NCBI GenBank assembly: GCA_017577945.2
Contig: PKQS02000010.1
Coordinates: forward strand, 4,456-68,455
Source of the DNA: Bacillota bacterium
GTDB taxonomy: Bacteria > Bacillota > Limnochordia > Limnochordales > ZCTH02-B6
Direction: 5' to 3'
DNA length: 64,000 nt
In this document: positions 8,546 to 17,201 of the stretch, in pieces
Numbering within the stretch: position 1 is the stretch's first letter
Layout: every line of letters begins with the position of its first letter
Program-made: the position numbers and the translations under genes
Notes under the pieces: generated by a model
What the model was told of the DNA's origin: nothing
What the model saw: only the letters and a program-made list of their open reading frames with translations
Databases searched by the model: none

Positions 8546-9961
8546 ATGCTGATTCGCGACCAAGCCGGGCGCACAGCCAGGCTGGCCTTGCAGTCCGGCC
8601 TTGGGTGGCTGATCGTCGCCTTCGCGGCGGGCCTAGCGGCGGCGCTGTCGGCCGCCGGCCTCGCCGGCGGCCCAATCCACCGCCTCCAGCCCATCTTTCT
8701 CAACACCCTTCTGTTCGGCTGGTTTGCGCTGGGCGGCGCGGGCGTAGGGCTGCTCATCATCCAGCGCACGCTGGGAGCGGTCCTCTACAGCGAGCCGCTG
8801 GGGCAGGTCAGCGTCTGGCTCTGGAACGCGGCCAACGCGACCGGCGTCGCGGCCCTCCTGCTGGACCGGTGGTCGCCGGGTCCGTTCCCCGGCTACATCT
8901 GGCCGGCGCAGCTTGCGTGGCTACTCGCGCTCCTGCTGTTTCTGCTTAACGCAACCCGCACCCTCGGTACCGTTCGCGAACCCTTCTTCATCGGCACAGG
9001 GTATTTCCTCGCCGCCTTGACCTGGGGAGGCGCCGTATACTTCCTCGGCAACGGGCTGTGGCGTCCGGACGGCCTGGGCGCCGGCGCCGCGCCGGCGCTG
9101 CTGCAGGGGATGTACGCGGTGAGTGTCGTCTGGCTGTGGGCCGTGCCGCTCGCGCTGGGAACGGCTCTGTACGTAGCCGCTGCGGCCAGCGGGCGTCCCC
9201 TGTACAGCCGCAAGCTCGCACAGTTGGGTCTATGGGGCTTGGCCCTGCATGCCGCCACGGGCGTGCAACGGCTTTGGGGCGCGCCCGTGCCCGCTTGGGC
9301 TCAGGCGGTGTCGACGGCCGCCGCGGTGCTGACCCTCGTCCCCCTGCTGGCCTTTGCCGTCAATGTGAACGAAACGCTGGGCCGCGGGCCCCATGCCGCG
9401 GCCGTGCAGGCGCGGCCGCCGGGCCGGCTCTTGCGCTTTGGCTTGTGGCTGGCGCTGGCGGGCGGTGTCGCGGCCGCGCTGCAGACTCTGAGCCTCGTGC
9501 AGCGGTACGTCTACGGCACCCAGTGGTCCGTCGCGCCGTGGCTCGCGGCGCTCTTCGGCGCGACGCTGCTGCAGCTGGCCGGCGTCTACGAGCTGTTGCC
9601 GCTGCTGCGGCCCCCGAAAGATCGCCCCGGCGAACCGCTCTACGGTGAACGGGCGGCTCGCGCCCACGTGGCGCTGTCGGCAGGCGGCGCCGCTTTGTTC
9701 GTCCTAGGCGTGGTCTTGAGCGGCAGCTTGCAAGTAGCCGCGCGCCTGTCGCAAGGGGCAAGCGCCGGCTTGGCGGCCGCCGCGGCGCCGGGGCTGGCGG
9801 CGCAAGCCGCGGGCTTGGCGCTGTTTTTGGCCGGGCAGGTCGTGCTCGGCGCCATCGTGGCGCGGGCGGCGGCCGTGCGCGAGCCCGCAAGGCTTCCCGT
9901 CGTCGTCACCAACCCGCGCCCGCGGCCGTCAACGGAACGGCACGGGCATCCAGTTGGCTAG
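8546..9961 (+). CDS. polytopic membrane protein, function unknown
   Basis: ATG 8546 with a GGGGG run 8 nt upstream. About 12 hydrophobic segments and coding-like periodicity. No family motifs I can name. Confidence 0.65.
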   Translation: MLIRDQAGRTARLALQSGLGWLIVAFAAGLAAALSAAGLAGGPIHRLQPIFLNTLLFGWFALGGAGVGLLIIQRTLGAVLYSEPLGQVSVWLWNAANATGVAALLLDRWSPGPFPGYIWPAQLAWLLALLLFLLNATRTLGTVREPFFIGTGYFLAALTWGGAVYFLGNGLWRPDGLGAGAAPALLQGMYAVSVVWLWAVPLALGTALYVAAAASGRPLYSRKLAQLGLWGLALHAATGVQRLWGAPVPAWAQAVSTAAAVLTLVPLLAFAVNVNETLGRGPHAAAVQARPPGRLLRFGLWLALAGGVAAALQTLSLVQRYVYGTQWSVAPWLAALFGATLLQLAGVYELLPLLRPPKDRPGEPLYGERAARAHVALSAGGAALFVLGVVLSGSLQVAARLSQGASAGLAAAAAPGLAAQAAGLALFLAGQVVLGAIVARAAAVREPARLPVVVTNPRPRPSTERHGHPVG

Positions 9962-11689
9962 CCAGCTGCGCTCACGATCGGCGCCGGCGCTCTGCGCGGT
10001 CTCCGCGCCCGTGTACGGCTGCGGGAACAGCGGATCGACGCGATCCACCGCCACGTCCAGCACCGACACTTGCCCGTAAGCGAGCTTGGGCAGCGCGTCG
10101 TGCAGCGCGCTCAGGAGCTGCTCGTACGTTTCCACCCGGTAGCCCGCCGCACCGCACGCTTGCGCGTACGCCGCCCAGTCCGCATTGTGCAGGCCCGTGC
10201 CGAACGGAGCGCTGCCCCTCATTTTCTGCAGCGTCTCCTCTTGGCCGTAGCGGCCGTCCCGGAGCACGATGACGGCGATGGGCAGCTGGTGCTGCACCGC
10301 CGTCGTCAGCTCGGCCATGCTGGCGGCAAAGCCCCCGTCGCCGCAAATGACCACGACCTGCCGGTCATACGCTGCGACCTTGGCGGCGATGCCGGCCGGC
10401 AGCGCGAAACCCATGGTGCGCCAGTGCCCCGACAAGAGCAGCTTGTAGTTGGACGCGCGAAGGTAGCGCGTAAACCAGAACGCGTGGTTCCCCACATCCA
10501 GCGCCACCACGGCCCCGGGAACCAGCGCCTGTCCGACCGCCGCCATAACCGCGCCCGGCTGCAGCGGCTGGCGTGTGTCCACGCTCATCCACACGACTTC
10601 GTCGTTCAGCTGCTGCCGCGCCCGCGCCGCGGCCTCCCGCCACTCGGTGCGCGCGCTGCGCGGCACCGCCTCCAGCAGGCGGGGCAACACGTCCGCCGCT
10701 TCGCCCCACACGCCCAAGTCCACCGAGTACGTCAGCCCGATGTGCTCCCGCACTTTGTCGACCTGGATGACGCGCGCGCCCGGCGCCATGTATTCGGGTT
10801 GCCACCACGTGGTGCCCACGGCGAGAATCAGATCGGCTTGTCCCGCTACGTACGCGGCCGCCTGGGTGCCGAACCGGCCCACCACGCCCAAGTTCCAGGC
10901 GTTGTCGGCGGGAATGATGCCCAGCGCCGGCATCGTGTGAATGATGGGCGCCCCCGCTTTTTCCGCCAACGCGAGCAAAGGCTCCACCGCTTTCGCGACG
11001 CCCAGACCGGCAAACAGCACCGGCCGTTCCGCGCGCTCCAGCATTTCCGCCGCTTTCTGCACCGCCCGCTCGTCGGTACGTACCGACGCGCCCACATCCG
11101 CGGGCGGTTCGACGATCTTGCCGCGGTTGACCGTCTGGTTCCAGACGTTTTGCGACACACCGATGCGAACGGGCCGCGAGCGGAACTGCGCCTGGCGCAG
11201 CGCCTGGGCGAATATGCGCGACGCCTGGCCCGCGTCGGCCAGCGTGTAGCTGAAAATCGTCGGTTCGCGATACAGCCCGTCGATGTCGGCTGCCTGCGGC
11301 CAGTGGACGCCGTTGCGCGCCGCCGGTGGCTCGCCGTTGATGGCCACCAGCGGGACCCGATCCATGAATGCGTCGTACACGCCGTTAAGCATCTGCACGG
11401 CGCCCGGGCCCGCGTCGGCCACCACGGCCGCCGGCTTTCCCGCTGCCTTCGCATACGCAGACGCCATCAGCGCGGCCGCACCTGGGCTGCGGCACACGAT
11501 AAACCGCGGTCGGTCCGTGGCCCGCAACGCGTCCAGGAACGGCAGCACCGTGTCGCCCGGAACGCCGAACACCACGTCGATGCCCCAGGCCTGCATCTGG
11601 CGCACCAGAAACTGCGCGACCGTCAGTTCCGCCGCAATCTCCCCTGTCACCGCCACTCTCCTCCGCCGCGGCGCCCGCGGCGCCGCCAT
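9929..11689 (-). CDS. thiamine pyrophosphate-binding enzyme (acetolactate synthase/pyruvate oxidase superfamily)
   Basis: N-terminal ...GIDVVFGVPGD..., central domain, and C-terminal TPP motif GDGGFAASMAEL. An alternative GTG start at 11650 has GGAGGAG 7 nt upstream. Confidence 0.85.
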   Translation of the reverse strand: MAAPRAPRRRRVAVTGEIAAELTVAQFLVRQMQAWGIDVVFGVPGDTVLPFLDALRATDRPRFIVCRSPGAAALMASAYAKAAGKPAAVVADAGPGAVQMLNGVYDAFMDRVPLVAINGEPPAARNGVHWPQAADIDGLYREPTIFSYTLADAGQASRIFAQALRQAQFRSRPVRIGVSQNVWNQTVNRGKIVEPPADVGASVRTDERAVQKAAEMLERAERPVLFAGLGVAKAVEPLLALAEKAGAPIIHTMPALGIIPADNAWNLGVVGRFGTQAAAYVAGQADLILAVGTTWWQPEYMAPGARVIQVDKVREHIGLTYSVDLGVWGEAADVLPRLLEAVPRSARTEWREAAARARQQLNDEVVWMSVDTRQPLQPGAVMAAVGQALVPGAVVALDVGNHAFWFTRYLRASNYKLLLSGHWRTMGFALPAGIAAKVAAYDRQVVVICGDGGFAASMAELTTAVQHQLPIAVIVLRDGRYGQEETLQKMRGSAPFGTGLHNADWAAYAQACGAAGYRVETYEQLLSALHDALPKLAYGQVSVLDVAVDRVDPLFPQPYTGAETAQSAGADRERSWLANWMPVPFR

Positions 11690-11822
11690 GTTTCCGGCAG
11701 GTAGTCTTCCCGGCCCTCGACCAAGTTACGACCCGCTTGGCGCGGCCACAAGGAGGGAGCCGCGCCCGCGGCGAAACAGCAGGCGACACCCGGCTTTGGC
11801 CATTGCCTGGAGGTTTCGGCCT

Positions 11823-12428
11823 ATGTCTCGCATTCCGCGCCGCAGCGTGCAGAAAGCGCAGCGGCCGCTCTGCGCGCCCGAGCCTTTCGTCATCGCCGTC
11901 GGTTCCACCAATCCCGCCAAAGTGAAAGCCGTCGCAGCCGTGGCCGGCCGCTTGTTTCCGCAGGCGCGCGTCGAGCCCGTGGCGGTGTCCAGCGGCGTCT
12001 CGGCGCAGCCGCTCAGCGCCGAAGAAACGGAGCTAGGAGCCCGCACCCGGGCCCGCGCGGCGCTGGCGGCGGTGCCCGGAGCGCGGTTCGGCGTCGGTCT
12101 GGAAGGCGGCGTCGAATTCGGCGCCGGTGGCCGCTGCGACGTGGTCAACTGCTGCGCCGTCGTGGCTCATGACGACGCGTTGTCGGTGGCTTGGGGCGTG
12201 CGCTTCCCGCTGCCGCCGATAGTGGGGCGCCGCGTGCGGGCCGGCGAAGAGCTGGGCACCGTAATGGACGAGCTCAGCGGCGTGCCCGGCAGCGCCAAGA
12301 GCCTGGGGGCCGTCGGGTTTCTGAGCAACGGCCTGCTGACCCGAGACGTCATGTGGCAGTCGGCCGTCGTCTGCGCCTTCATGCCGTGGCTGCATCCGGA
12401 TTTGTACGGTTTCACACCCAGCGATTGA
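11823..12428 (+). CDS. yjjX: inosine/xanthosine triphosphatase (YjjX/DUF84 family)
   Basis: VGSTNPAKVKAV..., GVSAQPLSAEET.LGA..RA and GLEGGV resemble E. coli YjjX along its length. The start is uncertain (ATG 11823 taken). Confidence 0.8.
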   Translation: MSRIPRRSVQKAQRPLCAPEPFVIAVGSTNPAKVKAVAAVAGRLFPQARVEPVAVSSGVSAQPLSAEETELGARTRARAALAAVPGARFGVGLEGGVEFGAGGRCDVVNCCAVVAHDDALSVAWGVRFPLPPIVGRRVRAGEELGTVMDELSGVPGSAKSLGAVGFLSNGLLTRDVMWQSAVVCAFMPWLHPDLYGFTPSD

Positions 12429-12453
12429 CAACAGCGCGATCGGTGCTTATACT
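12425..12453 (+). promoter_or_regulatory. sigma-A-type promoter TTGACA-17-TATACT
   Basis: -35 TTGACA at 12425-12430 overlaps the TGA stop of the yjjX-like gene. The -10 TATACT is at 12448-12453 with exactly 17 nt spacing. Confidence 0.7.
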
Positions 12454-12498
12454 CAAACATGTACCCCTTTTCAATCTCTTCAGAGGGAGGGCATCGAC

Positions 12499-12588
12499 AT
12501 GCGTCTCAGCCTCAGAGCAGCGAGCGGCGCCGAGAGAGCCACGGCGTCCGGTCATGCCCGCCCGGAGGAGACGGTGTCCCACCTCTGA
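12499..12588 (+). CDS. candidate 29-aa leader mini-ORF (MRLSLRAASGAERATASGHARPEETVSHL)
   Basis: ATG 12499 lies 7 nt after AGAGGGAGGG, and the TGA is at 12586-12588. No homology support, and it is too short to judge coding potential. Confidence 0.25.
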   Translation: MRLSLRAASGAERATASGHARPEETVSHL

Positions 12589-12598
12589 CAACCGTCTC
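12568..12598 (+). promoter_or_regulatory. leader hairpin GAGACGGT / ACCGTCTC enclosing the mini-ORF stop codon
   Basis: 8-bp perfect stem (12568-12575 / 12591-12598). The 15-nt loop contains the TGA at 12586-12588. Confidence 0.5.
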
Positions 12599-12863
12599 GC
12601 TCGACGCTTCACGTTCCTGAAGCAAGCTCCATCGGCGGTCATACCGTTCCCGCGGTTCTCCCCCGCTGGTTCTCCGACGCACCGTGGGCTGGCTTCGCTC
12701 GTGCGCGTGAGAGTACTTGCGCCTGTTCGCCCGGCCAGCGCACGCGAGGGCTGTTTTGTGTCTTTCGTATCCCTTGCCGCGCACCGCCCGAACCAGACGA
12801 GTGTCGCTCCTGTTGCCCGTTGGTTTTCGTGTACCATGATGTTCAGGAGGTCGCCAGTCAACT

Positions 12864-13871
12864 ATGGGTTTGGCCATTGAAGCGCGCAACCTGACCCGAG
12901 TCTTCGAATCGAAGGGCAAGGAACCGTTTTACGCCCTGCGGGACGTCAACTTGGAAGTGCATTACGGCGAGCTGTTCGGTCTCTTGGGTCCCAACGGCGC
13001 CGGCAAGTCGACCCTGATCAAGATTTTGTGCACGCTGCTCCTGCCCACGTCGGGCACGGCCCGCGTCGCCGGCTTCGACGTCGTCACGGAAGCCGACCGC
13101 GTGCGCCGGTCCATCAGCATGGTGTCGGGCGGCGAGCATTCGGGCTACGGCATCTTGACGGTGCGGGAGACCCTGTGGCTGTTCGCGCAGTTTTACGGCA
13201 TTCCGAGCAAAGAAGCTTTGCGGCGCATCGACGAGGCGCTGGAGGTGGTGGGCCTCTCCGACGCCGCCAACACGCGGGTCAACAAGCTGTCGACGGGCAT
13301 GCGCCAGCGCATGAACTTCGTGCGCGGGCTCATTACCGACCCGACGGTGCTGTTCCTCGACGAGCCGACGCTGGGCCTGGACGTGGAAACGTCGCGAGTG
13401 CTGCGGGACTACCTGAAGCGGTGGATGAAGGAGCGCCCGGGCCGCACCATCTTGCTGACGACCCACTACATGGCCGAAGCCGACGAGCTGTGCGACCGGG
13501 TGGCCATCATCGACGGCGGCCGCATCTTGACGTGCGACACGCCGGCCAATTTGAAGCGCATGCTCCGCGACGAAGTGGTGCTGCGCATGGAGATTAGCCC
13601 GGCGCTGCCCGCCAACGGCCGCGCCGACGGCGGGCTGAACTTGGAGTCGCTGCGGCAGCTGCCCGGCGTCCTCGGCGTGGTGCCGGATGCGCCGTTGAAC
13701 GGCACGCAGCAGCTGACGTGGCGGCTGCAGGACGATGCGGCCATCGGGTCGGTCATCCACGCGCTCAGCGAGGCCGGCGCCCGCATCGTGCGGCTGGAAA
13801 AGTCGGATCCGACGCTGGAGGACGTGTTCATCAAGCTGGTAGGGAGGAGACTGACCGATGCCGGCCGGTAA
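12864..13871 (+). CDS. ABC transporter ATP-binding protein (ABC-2/DrrA-like exporter subfamily) with C-terminal extra domain
   Basis: Walker A GPNGAGKST, signature LSTGMRQR and Walker B LFLDEPTLGLD. About 100 aa of extra C-terminal region. Confidence 0.9.
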   Translation: MGLAIEARNLTRVFESKGKEPFYALRDVNLEVHYGELFGLLGPNGAGKSTLIKILCTLLLPTSGTARVAGFDVVTEADRVRRSISMVSGGEHSGYGILTVRETLWLFAQFYGIPSKEALRRIDEALEVVGLSDAANTRVNKLSTGMRQRMNFVRGLITDPTVLFLDEPTLGLDVETSRVLRDYLKRWMKERPGRTILLTTHYMAEADELCDRVAIIDGGRILTCDTPANLKRMLRDEVVLRMEISPALPANGRADGGLNLESLRQLPGVLGVVPDAPLNGTQQLTWRLQDDAAIGSVIHALSEAGARIVRLEKSDPTLEDVFIKLVGRRLTDAGR

Positions 13872-14742
13872 TCCCGTGGCCGTCGACGAACGGGCGGTGA
13901 TCCCCGCGGGCGCGCGCGACCTGTCGCTCTGGGAACGGCTGCTGCTCAACGCGCGCGCGGCCCGCGCGCGGGCGTACGTCCGGGTGATGGCGACGTTTCG
14001 CGAGCTGTCGTGGCTCGCGTTTGAAGTGGTCATGCCCGTCTTGGCGGCGGCGGCGTACGTGTTCATTTACGAGGCGCTGGACGCCCCGCCGCAGTATACG
14101 GGTTTCGTCCTGCTCGGCGGCGCCATGACCGCGTACTGGATGAACGTATTGTGGGGGATGGCCAGCCAGTTTTACTGGGAGAAGCAAAGCGGGTTGCTGG
14201 AAATCTACTTCGTGGCGCCGGCTTCCAAGGTGGCGCTGCTGTTCGGCATGGCCGCGGGCGGCATCTTCATGTCGTCGTCGCGGGCCATCTCGACCATCGT
14301 GGCCGGCAGCCTCCTCTTCGACATCCGCTACGACGTCGTCAGCTGGCCTGCCGCCATCGCGGCGTTCTTGCTGACGCTGAGCGCTCTCTACTGCCTGGGC
14401 ATGATGTTCGCCTCAGTGTTCCTCATGCACGGGCGGGAAGCGTGGCACCTGTCCCACGCGCTGCAGGAGCCGGTATACCTGCTCAGCGGCTTCTACTTTC
14501 CCGTGCGGGCGCTGGGCTTCTGGGTCGGCGTCGGCTCCTCGATCATTCCGCTGACGCTGGGGCTTGACGCCATGCGGCAGCTGGTGTTCGGCGCGCCGGA
14601 CATGGGCCTGTTGCCCGTGGCCTGGGAGCTCGCCGGGCTGGCCGTTCTGACCGTCGTGTATTTCGTCCTGGCGCTGCAGGCGCTGAAGAAGATGGAATAC
14701 CTGGCCAAGAAGGCAGGGAGGTTGACGCTGAAATGGCAGTAA
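13858..14742 (+). CDS. ABC-2 type transporter permease
   Basis: ATG 13858 after GGGAGGAGA overlaps the ATPase stop by 14 nt. Six hydrophobic segments. Confidence 0.85.
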   Translation: MPAGNPVAVDERAVIPAGARDLSLWERLLLNARAARARAYVRVMATFRELSWLAFEVVMPVLAAAAYVFIYEALDAPPQYTGFVLLGGAMTAYWMNVLWGMASQFYWEKQSGLLEIYFVAPASKVALLFGMAAGGIFMSSSRAISTIVAGSLLFDIRYDVVSWPAAIAAFLLTLSALYCLGMMFASVFLMHGREAWHLSHALQEPVYLLSGFYFPVRALGFWVGVGSSIIPLTLGLDAMRQLVFGAPDMGLLPVAWELAGLAVLTVVYFVLALQALKKMEYLAKKAGRLTLKWQ

Positions 14743-15620
14743 CCGAGCTGCAGCCCCTGCCGCGCACCGTGCAGGCGCCGAGCTGGCGCGACAAGTGGCG
14801 GACGTTTCGCATGGCGGCCTGGATGGGCTGGCAAGTGGAGAGCAACTGGACGGACCCTGCGCTGTTCGCGCTGTACTCGGTGGTGCGGCCGCTGGCCAGC
14901 GCGCTGATCTTGGTGGTCATGTACCGCATCGTCGGTGGAGCTCGGGCCGATGCCCTCTTTCCGGGCATGTACGTGGGCAACGCCTTCTTCATGTACGTGG
15001 CCGCGCTCATCGCGGGGGTCAGCTGGGTCATTATCGAGGAACGGGAGTACTACCAGACGATCAAGTACATGTACATCGCGTCCGCCAGCATGTTCTGGTA
15101 CTTGGCCGGCCGGGCGGTGGCCAAGTTCCTCGTGACGAGCATCGCGGTGACGGCGCTGCTCCTGGCGGGCCGCCTGTTCCTCGGCGTGCCGCTGCACGTT
15201 GCCGGCATCGACTGGCCCCTGCTGGCCGCGGTGTTTCCTCTGGGCATCGTGACCCTCGTGGGTCTCGGGTTCCTTTTGGCGGGCGTCATGCTCGTGGCCG
15301 CCCGCCACGCCGAGGGCTACACGGAGTCGGTGGCCGGCACGCTGTACCTGCTGTGCGGCGTCGTGTTTCCGCTCGACGTGCTGCCCGGCTGGCTGCAGGC
15401 CGTCGGCAAGGCCATTCCGTTGACGTACTGGCTGGAAGGGCTGCGCCGGGCGCTGGGGCTGTCCTTCGGCTCCGCGCTGGCCGGCTATACGGACGAGACG
15501 CTGCTGGCCGTGCTGGCCGTAAGTTCCGTCGTGCTGCTGACGGCGTCGGTGTTCTTCTTCCGGATGATGGAGCGCTTGGCGCGCCAGAGAGGCCTGCTGG
15601 ATCAGCTCACGGAGCACTAA
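14733..15620 (+). CDS. ABC-2 type transporter permease (second subunit)
   Basis: ATG 14733 overlaps the previous permease by 10 nt. Paralogous multi-TM layout. Confidence 0.85.
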   Translation: MAVTELQPLPRTVQAPSWRDKWRTFRMAAWMGWQVESNWTDPALFALYSVVRPLASALILVVMYRIVGGARADALFPGMYVGNAFFMYVAALIAGVSWVIIEEREYYQTIKYMYIASASMFWYLAGRAVAKFLVTSIAVTALLLAGRLFLGVPLHVAGIDWPLLAAVFPLGIVTLVGLGFLLAGVMLVAARHAEGYTESVAGTLYLLCGVVFPLDVLPGWLQAVGKAIPLTYWLEGLRRALGLSFGSALAGYTDETLLAVLAVSSVVLLTASVFFFRMMERLARQRGLLDQLTEH

Positions 15621-15672
15621 GGGGACGCGCTGGCGGCGGCCTTCCGCGCAGCTTTTCCTGCACGAACCGCAG

Positions 15673-15702
15673 CGGCCGCCTCGAGAGCTCTCGAGGCGGC
15701 CG
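15673..15702. terminator. perfect 30-bp palindrome, terminator-like
   Basis: CGGCCGCCTCGAGAGCTCTCGAGGCGGCCG is followed by TTT on the plus strand. It lies between the convergent ABC-2 permease and the lyase gene. Confidence 0.6.
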
Positions 15703-15820
15703 TTTCGCGCGCGGCCGCAGCGAGAGACCGCCGGCGCCGCCGGATCGGTTTGTCCCGGCGGACCCGCCCGGCGGTGCAGCTTTCGGCGGTCAAGTTCTCA
15801 GGCGGTCACCGGCCGAGGGC

Positions 15821-17197
15821 TCAGTCTTCCCACGCGTAGCGCGCGAGGAAGTGGCGCAAGACCGGCGGCTCCTCCACCACCCGCAGGCCGCGGATGGAGT
15901 CCCGCCGTTGCCAGACGTACTCGACGATGCGCGCCACATACTCGAGATGCTGGTCGCTGTACACCCGCCGGGGAACGCAGAGCCGCACCAGCTCCGGCAG
16001 GCCGGCCTCGTCCGCCTCGCCATGCGGGCTGGACCGCGGGGCCCCGGCTCGCCCGGCGCGGATTCCGCCCTCGATGTACAGGTGGACGCCCACCGCCTGG
16101 GCGGGCAACTGCGCGGGCGTCAGGTGCGGCACGAAGCGGCTCATGTCCAGGTACACGGCGTGACCGCCGAACGGCTTGAGCACCGGCACTCCCGCATCGG
16201 CCAGCCTTTTCCAGAAGAATTCCACCTGTCCGATGCGGTCGGCCAAGTATTCTTCCTGAACCGCTTCCTCCAGGCCTCGGGCCAGCGCTTCCATGTCGCG
16301 CCCTGCAAGGCCTCCGTAAGTGAGATACCCTTCGTAGGCCACCGCCTCGGGCGCGAGCTTGTAATACAGCTCCTTGTCCCGCACCGCCGCGAAGCCGCCC
16401 ATACTGACGAGGCCGTCTTTCTTGGCGCTCATCATGAGGCCGTCCGCGCAGTCGGCCATGGCCCGCACGATCTCGCGGACGCTCATGCCTCCGCAGCCGG
16501 GTTCCCGCTCCCGGATGAACCAGGCGTTCTCCGCGATGCGCGCGGCATCGAGAAACACCGGCACCCCGTAGCGAGCGGCCACGTCCCGCACGGCTCGCAA
16601 GTTGGCCAGCGACACGGGGTGTCCTCCGACCGAGTTGTTGGTGACGGTGACGATGATGCAGGCGACGCCCGCCCCGGATTCGCCGGTTTCCTTTTGCAGC
16701 AGATCTTCCAGCGCCGCCACGTCCAGGTTGCCCTTGAACGGGTGATCCGAGTCGGGATCCAGCGCCTCCGGCACGGGCAGGTCCACGGGGCGCATGCCGT
16801 TGCGCACGATGTGGTTTCGCGTCGTGTCGAAATGAGTGTTGCCGGCCACGATCTGCCCCGGGCGACCGACGGCGCGCAGCACGATGTTCTCGGCCGCGCG
16901 TCCCTGGTGCGCCGGGACGACGTAGTCGCAGCCGAATAGGCGCGCCACCGTCTCGCGCAAGCGCCGGAAGCTGACGCTGCCCGCGTACGATTCGTCGCCC
17001 AGAAAGATGCCGGCCCACTGGTCATCGCTCATAGCGCTGGTGCCGCTGTCGGTGAGCAGGTCGATGATGACCTGATCCGACGACAGGGCGAACAAGTTGT
17101 ACCCGGCTTCCTCGATCCAGCGCAGCCGCTGCTCGCGGCTCGAAAGCACGATGGGCTCCACGATCTTGGCCCGAAAGGGCTCGGCGCCAGGTCGCAC
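15821..17197 (-). CDS. beta-eliminating lyase, tryptophanase/tyrosine phenol-lyase family (PLP-dependent)
   Basis: GTG 17197 lies 7 nt after AAGGAGG. AEPFRAKIVEP, DLLTDSGTSAMSD, HFDTT (tryptophanase-like) and the PLP-lysine motif SAKKD. Alignable by eye with TPL/TnaA over the full length. Confidence 0.9.
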   Translation of the reverse strand: MRPGAEPFRAKIVEPIVLSSREQRLRWIEEAGYNLFALSSDQVIIDLLTDSGTSAMSDDQWAGIFLGDESYAGSVSFRRLRETVARLFGCDYVVPAHQGRAAENIVLRAVGRPGQIVAGNTHFDTTRNHIVRNGMRPVDLPVPEALDPDSDHPFKGNLDVAALEDLLQKETGESGAGVACIIVTVTNNSVGGHPVSLANLRAVRDVAARYGVPVFLDAARIAENAWFIREREPGCGGMSVREIVRAMADCADGLMMSAKKDGLVSMGGFAAVRDKELYYKLAPEAVAYEGYLTYGGLAGRDMEALARGLEEAVQEEYLADRIGQVEFFWKRLADAGVPVLKPFGGHAVYLDMSRFVPHLTPAQLPAQAVGVHLYIEGGIRAGRAGAPRSSPHGEADEAGLPELVRLCVPRRVYSDQHLEYVARIVEYVWQRRDSIRGLRVVEEPPVLRHFLARYAWED

Positions 17198-17201
17198 CCG
17201 G

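Noticed and set aside
12454-12863. Whether the long leader is a known riboswitch: cobalamin (GCCACGG / GGAGGAGACGG resembles GCCACTG and the B12 box), guanidine-I (GCGCCGAGAG resembles GGUCCGAGAG), SAM-I, TPP, T-box, ZTP or Mn.
   Set aside because: Each resemblance covers only one short element, with insertions or mismatches. The other obligatory conserved blocks are absent (for example GGGAA...GGTG.AA.TCC for cobalamin, ACGG.GGGA.AAAA.CCCGGGAGA for guanidine-I, GGGTGGTACCGCG for T-box). The region remains unassigned rather than called.
15673-15702. The perfect 30-bp palindrome, rich in restriction sites (NotI-like, XhoI, SacI, XhoI), looked like a synthetic polylinker.
   Set aside because: Its position between two convergent operons and the following T-run fit a natural bidirectional terminator. 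GC-rich palindromes necessarily contain such sites.
14795-16939. A 714-aa plus-strand ORF antisense to the lyase gene. Similar long antisense or out-of-frame ORFs lie at 10070-11704, 12858-14066, 25680-27398, 36650-38251, 47788-48627, 56184-58310 and 61616-63688.
   Set aside because: They have no recognisable domains and extreme Arg/Gly/Pro/His composition. Each lies opposite or out of frame to a gene with clear homology, so they are GC-bias artefacts.
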